Assembly: GCA_012295275.1 (NCBI GenBank)
Contig: CM022668.1
Span: forward strand, 8,804,001 to 8,868,000
Direction of reading: 5' to 3'
From: Chrysomallon squamiferum
Taxonomy: Eukaryota > Animalia > Mollusca
Length of the DNA: 64,000 bases
The stretch's first letter is position 1, and each line of letters opens with the position of its first letter. This document shows, piece after piece, positions 54,898 through 64,000 of this stretch. The notes under the pieces are model-generated. The model made no database searches. It was given only the letters and a program-made list of their open reading frames with translations, and had not been told where the DNA came from. Position numbers and translations under genes: made by a program.

Positions 54898-55482
54898 AAT
54901 TTTGCATGACTCAACTGAAAAAGATAACCTAAACACGTCTTGAATTACTCCATAATTCTGTCAAAATTAAGTTCAAATTAGACATTTTTTTTTTATTTTT
55001 TTTATTTTGTTGTTGGGTTTTTGTGTTTGTTTTTTTTGTGTGTTTTTTTTTTTTGTTGTTGTTTTAATTTCTTTACAATTTTTATTCATCGTTTTATGTT
55101 ATTTTTACATTTAAAATATTCTTAAACATACTAATTGGTAAATTAGAACAGATTTAAATCTATATTGAAAAAATCTTATTACTTTAAAAAAAAAAATAAA
55201 AGAAGTTATTTCTGTAACTAATATAAAAAATAATTTCTTCTTTAAAAATAAGAAAAAAGCTAAAATCTAATTCACTGCATATAATGACCATCTGTTATAA
55301 CAACCATACTGAACAAGCAAAAGATTTCTGAAAAATAGCCTAATATATATATATATATATATATATAAATAGTATATGTAAATATATTTAAGTGAATGAA
55401 TGAAAAACAAAGAAACAAAAGTACATATTCTTTTAAAGCATATTTAAATATATAAAATTTGAAAAAGCTGACACTGTGTACA

Positions 55483-55517
<35 letters not shown>

Positions 55518-56518
55518 ATGGTTATATATAAAAACCATCCATGTGTATTGAGCAATAAAGAATATTTTCACATACTACATCTATCAAGAACAAAATAAAA
55601 AAATAATAGTCTAGTTACTTCAAGATACTAAATACTGGGAACATATTTTGTAAGTAATTAACAAGGCAGTTATATATTTTTTTTTATTATTTCTTAAGCA
55701 GACTGTCATTTTAGGGATTACAAGGAGAAGGATATTCTATGATATTTAGTCTAATTCATTTAAATAATATTAAACTATATGATAGTTGTCAAAGTTGTAG
55801 TTAAAGTTCTAGTACTATTAGCAGGGTTAGCAGTAGTATTAATAGTAGAAGATGTAGTTTCAGCTGTAGTTATAGAACAATAGCAAAATAATAGTTGTAG
55901 TAGTAGTTGTTGTATTAACATCCTAGTAGTATTTGTAGTATTTAAAGTAGTAGTTGTAGTAGTAATAGTTATAGTGATATTAATTGTTCTAGTAGTCATT
56001 ACTAGTAACAGTTGCAGTCACTGTACTGATATGATGTAATACAGTATAAAGTATCTTACACTGTACAGTGTATTTAGTGTGCTATAAGTCAATATTTTCA
56101 AACACAAAATACTTTCCCATGGCAAAGTCTGAGAAAAAGGAAGATAACTACAGACACCAATATGATCTACACTTAAGTATAAAACAAAAATATCACAAAG
56201 AAAACAAAATAAATGTCAAAAATGACACCAGCTTCTACAGAATTCACTGTCCAGCTCAAAGAAGACAAAGCAATTCAGATTTCAACTTGTAAAGGTGGAC
56301 GTTTCACTCCCCCATATATCAGTTTCTACGGTTTCACCAAGCATTATGAATTACCACTGATTTTGGTGTTTAAGTATTTTTCAATGCTTAATCCCATGCT
56401 TCTGATTCCAGTCACAGAATACTGGTCTGTGACTGAAATATTATCTATGTAAATTTGTGTGGTCTGATTAATGTCTGTTAATGTCTCAAATGAATCAGAA
56501 AGTATGGGAACAAATAAA

Positions 56519-56570
<52 letters not shown>

Positions 56571-57281
56571 TTTTTATAAAAGTAATGGGTTACTGAGTAA
56601 CCTTAATTTATTTAGTTATTTATCTTGTTTTGCTATTATTATTATTTTTTTTTTCGTTTTCTATTTCTTATAAAAATTATTATTTATTTACTTCACAATT
56701 TTCTTTTATATATATATATATATGAGCACTTTTTAATTTTTAATACCTTTTAATTCTGATAGAATTTTTATTTATGTTTATCATAACAAAATTTAATTAG
56801 TTAATTTTCATACACTTAATTTTTATTTTAAATCTGAATGATTAATTTATATAAATAATTTTCATGCAGTATCAGTTCTGTTTTATTTTCAGTATTTAAC
56901 CTTTTAATCTTACTTTTAGGAGAAAGAGAGATCATTATAAACATCAGAAGGGAAACATTTTTATTATTATTATTCTTTCATCCAGCAGTTTATTTAATTA
57001 TTAATGAATATAAGGAAACAATGGTATTAGTTAAATTTAAAATAAAAGAACAAATGTTATCTGAATGCAATGTGACGTTATGATAACTCAGTCTTTCATG
57101 ACTTTTGCATTTACTCAACTTCATATGGCAATTACAGGTATTATATGTAGATTTATATTACTATTCTAATACTTGTACATATTTGTATTTTCCAAACCAT
57201 TTCTGTCCATCAACACGGTTATCCATATATGCAAAATTTAAACCTGATTCTAGCAATATTGTCAATATATATTAATATTTT

Positions 57282-57312
<31 letters not shown>

Positions 57313-57823
57313 GAGAGAGAGGGGGAAAGATAGAGAGAGAGAGAGATCAACATATATACATAACTACATATAATTTATCTTATATTCATTCATGCATATG
57401 CATGAATGTACACACACACACATATGCACTCACTCACACACTCAAGACATACATTATGAATGCTGACAACCACACCCACAAAAAGCATATGCTACACATA
57501 CTGAAACCACACCTCAAAATGTAGACCAGACGTATAATTTTAAATAAAAGATTTCTTTAAACTCTTTCTCCTCCTGATGCCCTTTTCTTCAGACACTATC
57601 AGAAAACTTTCTTTTTAATTCCTAAACACCTAACCACACATTCTGGTGACCATATTTAGAACATGTGCATTCCATATTGTATAAGAAAACAGCTGTAAAA
57701 CTGGTTCACCAACTTCAAACATCAGTGTGTGTGTGTGTGTATGTGAGTGTGTGTGTATGTGTGTGTCTGTAGGCATGTGAGCATGTTTGTCCTGTATACA
57801 TGAGTATGAATGAACTGTATGTG

Positions 57824-57829
<6 letters not shown>

Positions 57830-57910
<81 letters not shown>
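57830..57910. repeat. (TG)n microsatellite
   Basis: Direct reading; a (CA)n counterpart lies at 49331-49387. Confidence 0.97.
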
Positions 57911-57912
<2 letters not shown>

Positions 57913-58638
57913 AGAGTTAGGACAAATTTTATACTAGTACAGAAGAATGATGAACTATAAAACAAAAGTTATATATAAGTGAGATATTCACTGCATCATA
58001 TTAAAAATATATATATATATATATATATTTTGACAGTGTCAGAACAAATACAGATGAATAAAGCCAGCTTCTTCATGTATGCATCAATGCATAAAACCAA
58101 ACAGCCCTTACTTGTTCATTCTACTAATTTGTTATTGAATGTGTCGAGTAAAGGTTCTCACTAGGTAATTTGAAAACCATTAATTTATTGTGCAAAATAC
58201 TTAACATAGTCTTTATTTAAAAAAATTAAAAATCAATAAAAAAATCATTATTTTCTGACAACATCATCAAAAATTCCCATTAACAGGTCTGGGGTAAGTT
58301 TTGATGGGCAGCTGCAGTATAATAAAATGTGGATTTTTTTTTGCTTCTGTCAGCAAATCCTGTCCCATGACTAAGTTACTACAAGGCTTTTCTTTGTGTC
58401 AGAAGTTTTGATTTTTTTTCATTATGATTTTTTGCTTTTTCACCCAGATGGCTAACTGTGCCTTGCTTGTATCAGTTACTGTGTAAATATTGTGCTGTCA
58501 ACCTCCAAGGTGCCATCTAATTATCTTTGCAGAATTCAATTAAATTAGCGTATTTACATATAAACTGTAAACAGGAATCGTATGTTTGTGGCTTTACACA
58601 TTTTTGCAATTAGCTCCTGGTAGCAGTCAAACCCAAAA

Positions 58639-59865
58639 TGTGATCTGAGCTTTTCAGTGTGGTAGCTATCTATTGTATAACCAAACCCATACCACAAATA
58701 TTTAGTGATCTGAGTTTTCAGTGTGGTAGCTGTCTATTTTATGTAATCAAACCTATACCACAAATATTTAGTTGTGATCTGAGCTTTTCAGTGTGGTAGC
58801 TATCTATTGTATAACCAAACCCATACCACAAATATTTAGTTGTGATCTGAGTTTTCAGTGTGGTAACTATCTATTGTATAACCAATTCCATACCACAAAT
58901 ATTTAGTTGTGATCTGAGTTTTCAGTGTGGTAACTATCTATTGTATAACCAATTCCATACCACAAATATTTAGTTGTGATCTGAGTTTTCAGTGTGGTAA
59001 CTATCTATTGTATAACCAAACCCATACCACAAATATTTAGTTGTGATCTGAGTTTTCAGTGTGGTAACTATCTATTGTATAACCAATTCCATACCACAAA
59101 TATTTAGTTGTGATCTGAGTTTTCAGTGTGGTAACTATCTATTGTATAACCAATTCCATACCACAAATATTTAGTTGTGATCTGAGTTTTCAGTAGGTAA
59201 CTATCTATTTTATGTAATCAAACCTATACCACAAATATTCAACTTGTGATCAAGTTTTCAGTAGGTAACTGTCTATTATGTAATCAAACCTATACCACAG
59301 ATATTCAACTTGTGATCAAGTTTTCAGTAGGTAACTGTCTATTATGTAATCAAACCTATACCACAAATATTCAACTTGTGATCAAGTTTTCAGTAGGTAA
59401 CTGTCTATTATGTAATCAAACCTATACCACAAATATTCAGTTGTGATCAAGTTTTCAGTAGGTAACTGTCTATTATGTAATCAAACCTATACCACAAATA
59501 TTCAACTTGTGATCAAGTTTTCAGTAGGTAATTGTCTATTATGTAATCAAACCTATACCACAAATATTCAGTTGTGATCAAGTTTTCAGTAGGTAACTGT
59601 CTATTATGTAATCAAACCTATACCACAAATATTCAACTTGTGGTTTTCAGTAGGTAATTGTCTATTATGTAATCAAACCTATACCACAAATATTCAGTTG
59701 TGATCAAGTTTTCAGTAGGTAACTGTCTATTATGTAATCAAACCTATACCACAAATATTCAACTTGTGATCAAGTTTTCAGTAGGTAACTGTCTATTATG
59801 TAATCAAACCTATACCACAAATATTCAACTTGTGATCTGTGTTTTCAGCATGGTAGCTATCTATC
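58639..59865. repeat. 66/67-bp minisatellite, ~18 copies, in two variant blocks
   Basis: Type A is 67 bp (tgtgatctgagttttcagtgtggtaactatctattgtataaccaattccataccacaaatatttagt) up to ~59190; type B is 66 bp (tgtgatcaagttttcagtaggtaactgtctattatgtaatcaaacctataccacaaatattcaact) after that. Confidence 0.97.
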
Positions 59866-60136
59866 TACTGTAACATTCAAACTTCAGCACTCATTAATAC
59901 TTATTTCCCAATCAAGCCAATGCTCAAAACAAAGTCAGTGATGTACACTTTATGTTAGTATCATTTAATTCACTTCATGGTAGCAGAAACCACATCAATA
60001 ACATGACATCGATTAATTTTCATACCTGAAAAAAAAATTGATTTTGGGAGGGTATAGTTTTATGAAAAAATGTTCTTCCTGAAAACAAAGCAGTATTTTG
60101 TGAAAGCTGTGAAATGAAATTGTTTCTGCCACTAAC

Positions 60137-60241
60137 CTTTTCTGCAATTAATTCCTTCTTCTTCTTCTTTTTCTTGCTTTTCTCTTTTTCCTCCAACCTT
60201 CTCAGTTCAAAACCGTCTCTACTTGGTGACTTTTTCTCCAT
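60137..60241 (-). CDS. Probable first coding exon portion (exon 60260-60137), MEKKSPSRDGFELRRLEEKEKSKKKKKKKELIAEK
   Basis: Acceptor tttatttttgCAG|G at 60263-60261, ATG in a good context (ACAATGG) at 60241, and donor AAG|GTTAGT at 60136. The sequence is purine-rich and exon-like and ends in phase 0, compatible with the 7837 exon. The link to that exon is inferred. Confidence 0.6.
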
Positions 60242-61082
60242 TGTGCTGTTGTTAATTATCCTGCAAAAATAAATAAATAAATAATATATATATATATATT
60301 ATTAGCAAATACAAATATCTGAATAACAAGCAAGTCTTTAAAAATAGCTGAAAATGTTTTAATGTTAGTGATTATTAAGTGCCAAAGATATTTACCAAGT
60401 ATGTGAAGAAATATACTGAAATTAGCAATAAAACATTCATAATGGCTACCTTCTCACAGACAGGAGATAAACATATATTAAAGCATTTGAAAAAAAGAAC
60501 TAAACTCAATAGTAAAACTGAAGGAAAAACTTACCATAATCATTTAAAAACAATGGATATATTATGAGAAAAAAAATATAGTGTTATTTTGTAATTTTAA
60601 CTGTACTCAATCTTTGATACTGGCCATGAAACAAATACAGGTATTTTGTTGTAAATGTGTATATGTTTGTATATATCTATCAATCTATAGGTAGGCCTAT
60701 ATATATATATTTTTATCTTTTGTAAATATCACCATTTCATTTGCACTGATATTAAAATTTGAAGCAAGATCCTATCTGATAATTTAATTGCCTATAAAAT
60801 CAGGTTTAGAAATCTTTCAGTGACTGAACCAGATAAGGAAATGAAGAAATTTTACTGTAAATGTATGCATATCACTGCACTGAATTATGGAATGTACATT
60901 ATATGTTCAACAAAGGCTATAAATTCACAATATATACAAAATTCACTTCACCATAAGAATAAATGTGAATCTACATAATTTTATTTTTCTTTCAAAATTG
61001 ATTGTACAAAACCATTATGCTGTTTAATATTTCATGTATGATGTGACTAGCATAAATATTTATAAAAGTTGAAAATTGTTTT

Positions 61083-61113
<31 letters not shown>

Positions 61114-61583
61114 GCACACACAATCAAATATATACACACCAACACATACTGAATTTTAAAAACATCAAGAAAATAATACAAACTGTCTAAAAACATACTA
61201 TTTTACAGTATTTAACATATATATATATATATATATTTTTGAAAAGTTAAAAACATATAAATACAATTTTAAACTTTTAAAACAAATAAAAATAATACAG
61301 ATTCTGTAAAAAACCTTTGCACTTAATAATATTACATTTCATAATATCCCCCCCTTCCCCCCCCCAAAGAACAGCACGGCACACACCACCCACCGACAGA
61401 CCAGACCTGTGACTGACAATACAGAGAAATCCTTTCAGCATGGCACGAAACAGAGGGTATATAATTACACCAGTGAAGTGGGCTGAATGCTGAAGCTTTC
61501 ACCCATCATTCAGTGCTCTGTGAATCCAGCAGTTGTCCTAGAATAAAGGTTTTTCTAAGCCCACAGATCAAAGACGAAGAGAG

Positions 61584-61619
<36 letters not shown>

Positions 61620-64000
61620 AAGACAAAAAAATTTAGAAATTGAGGAATGTTGTTATAGGCAAAATGCCACAAGGTTTGAGATATATGTTCGTGATTAGAG
61701 ATGGAAAGGGAAAAATCGCAGGTTATATAAACACTTGTAGGTTTTGTAACACTTTCCCTTCTTTTTTTTTTATTCCTCTTCTTGTTTTTCTTTTTTTTCC
61801 TTTTTTTCTTTATCTTGTTTTATTTATTTATATACAGATCTCTGGTTATATCATCTAGCTGAAGACTTGTTAGACTGTTCTGAACAAGTGTTTTCTTCAT
61901 TATGTAAATATGATCTGTTATGTAACTGGTGTAGAAGGAAAACTGTCTTATAGAAGAGTGGAACAGACACCTGGTATTCTAGGCAGATGGATGGATGGAT
62001 GGATGGATGGATGGGAGCATTAATGAATGGAAGAAAAGAATGAATGTAACTCCATGCTGAAATAGTTGATAGATGAATAGAGATAAAATAATTATACATA
62101 AATATCAATAATATAAATAAAACAGGTGAAAAAGTTTGAAAATAGAAGCATGGATCATGATCTACATGTCAATTCAATGGACAAAGATTCATCATCTATA
62201 TGTGTATGAGTCTGATACATATTTGTCTTTATATATGTGTGTGTGTGTGTGTGTTTGTGTGTTTGATGATGTATGTGTGTGTGTGTGTGTGTGTGTTTTT
62301 GAAGATGTATGTGTGTGTGTGTGTGTTTTAAGGTGTATGTGTATGTTGTGCATGTTGATGTTGATGTTAACATCTGTAAGTGCATGTGAACGTGTTTGAA
62401 ACTGTTTGTGCATGCATGCATGTTCGATAGTAAATTAAATAATTTCATTCCTGTTACATTAAGACAACACTAACCTTGTACAATCAAGCAATTCCATGTA
62501 CCACATTCAAAACACCTCCTGTAAGCAGACTTTCATCTCCACAGAGATGTAATAAATTTGACCACACAGAAACCACTTGCAGTTGTCAGTAACACATCTC
62601 CAAACAACACATTCCTATAGACACTGGCAAACAGTTTGGATATGTTCAAATAACTCTTTCACAAACAAAATGGCAGAAATATGAGGCAGAAGTAATTTCT
62701 GTTAGCTTCGTTGGAAACCAAATGAAAACATGGATGCACACCAAACATGTCATCTACACCTAGATGGAAACTGTTTCCATCAGATTCTGCAAACATTGAA
62801 GCGACTTGTAAATCTGTCTAGATAATGATACAGGTTGGTGTAAATTCCCCCATGAAAGGTAGCAGCACCTGTTGCCTTTTGCAGATACTTGTCATTTTTT
62901 TTTAAAATACAGTACAAATAAAATAAATTATACATGAACTGATCTACATGAACTGCAAATAAAACACCTTTAGAAAAAATAATAAAAAATAATAATAATA
63001 ATAAATAATAAATAAACTTGAATATCATTATGGAGAGATAGGATTCATCCAATAAAAATGCTACCACTGTTACAGTTAGCTTTCATAAATGTAATAATCA
63101 ATATTTTTCAAAACACTGAATTAGAAAAAAGTATTAAACGAAAAATGCTATGAAAAAAACAACAAAAAAAAAACATTCAGAGATATTAATTACTTATGGT
63201 TATTGATATGTTTGGTGTAAATTCATCCTTCAGAAGTGGCAGCACCTGTCAGATGTTAATGAAACTGCTAGTTTGATAAAAAAAAAAAATAATAATAAAT
63301 AGCCATTATTAATAATAAAATTAGCTAGAACATACTAGTACATACCACTTGAATATAAACAGTTTTTAAAGAAAGATAAAAAGATAGACCTCAAATGTAG
63401 TTATCAAAGGTTCTGTAAGTTAAAAATAAATTAACCACTATCTGTGATAAAATTACTTACTATGAAACCACTTCTGTGTATATTTTAGAGAAAGAAATAT
63501 GATAAAGAATTTTTTATGTATCTGTTTCTGACTTCAAATGGCAAACCCATCTAATAAAAAGGTTCTGATATAATCCCTTGATTGACTTGTTTTACTTCTG
63601 ACATGGCTTATTTCCCATTCAAGGCAGTGCTCACAATTCACTGCATCAGTTGAAAAAGCTATCTGTCACATACAATCTTGATGTAATGACTGAATCAAGG
63701 GTTCTGCAGTTTTAACTATACACAATTCAAATACATTACTACTGAAAACATAAAATATATCACTTTAAATACTTCATGTACAGAACTTTAAAGAGTGAGA
63801 AATATTTCTTTTGACCAGAAACTGTTATATAAAGGTGCACATGACCTGTCAATGCCTTGCTTCTGGACAAAAATATCATCTAAAACAACAACAGCAAAAT
63901 TGTTATAAGAAATACAACAATCACTAATCAATGATAGAAAATTAATCAGTGTTCTCTGGTACTGTTACATAAATATTTTACGTCAGCTGACAACAGAATA

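Noticed and set aside
58639-59865. CRISPR-like array or repeat-protein ORF (59246-59446)
   Set aside because: Units are contiguous with no unique spacers, there are no cas genes, and the context is eukaryotic. The ORF arises because 66 is divisible by 3 and is broken by stops.

Overview
Eukaryotic (metazoan) genomic DNA: very AT-rich, CpG-depleted and dense in microsatellites. The composition is reminiscent of a mollusc/cephalopod genome, but that is an inference. No prokaryotic features, RNA genes or recognisable transposon ORFs were seen, and almost all ORFs in the supplied track are translations of simple repeats. The best-supported interpretation is the 5' part of one large minus-strand gene. 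A start-codon exon at 60260-60137 (MEKKSPSRDG...ELIAEK, ends in phase 0) can join in frame, across a ~52.3 kb intron, to a 129-nt phase 0/0 coiled-coil exon at 7837-7709 (ETMEKKVEDLTRQLADEKQTSRRMVAKLQREVARLKSERNYAQ), which resembles the N-terminus of NCKAP5 (VARLQREVA motif, recalled from the human protein). The intron contains candidate alternative first exons and CpG-rich islets, about nine RFX X-box-like palindromes, several minisatellites, and a series of homotypic motif clusters (TAATCC, CAGGTR, TGACA, CCAAT+MEF2/TATA, AATCAATA). Several of these clusters sit in decayed tandem arrays. All regulatory and splicing calls come from motifs alone and need transcript or chromatin data.
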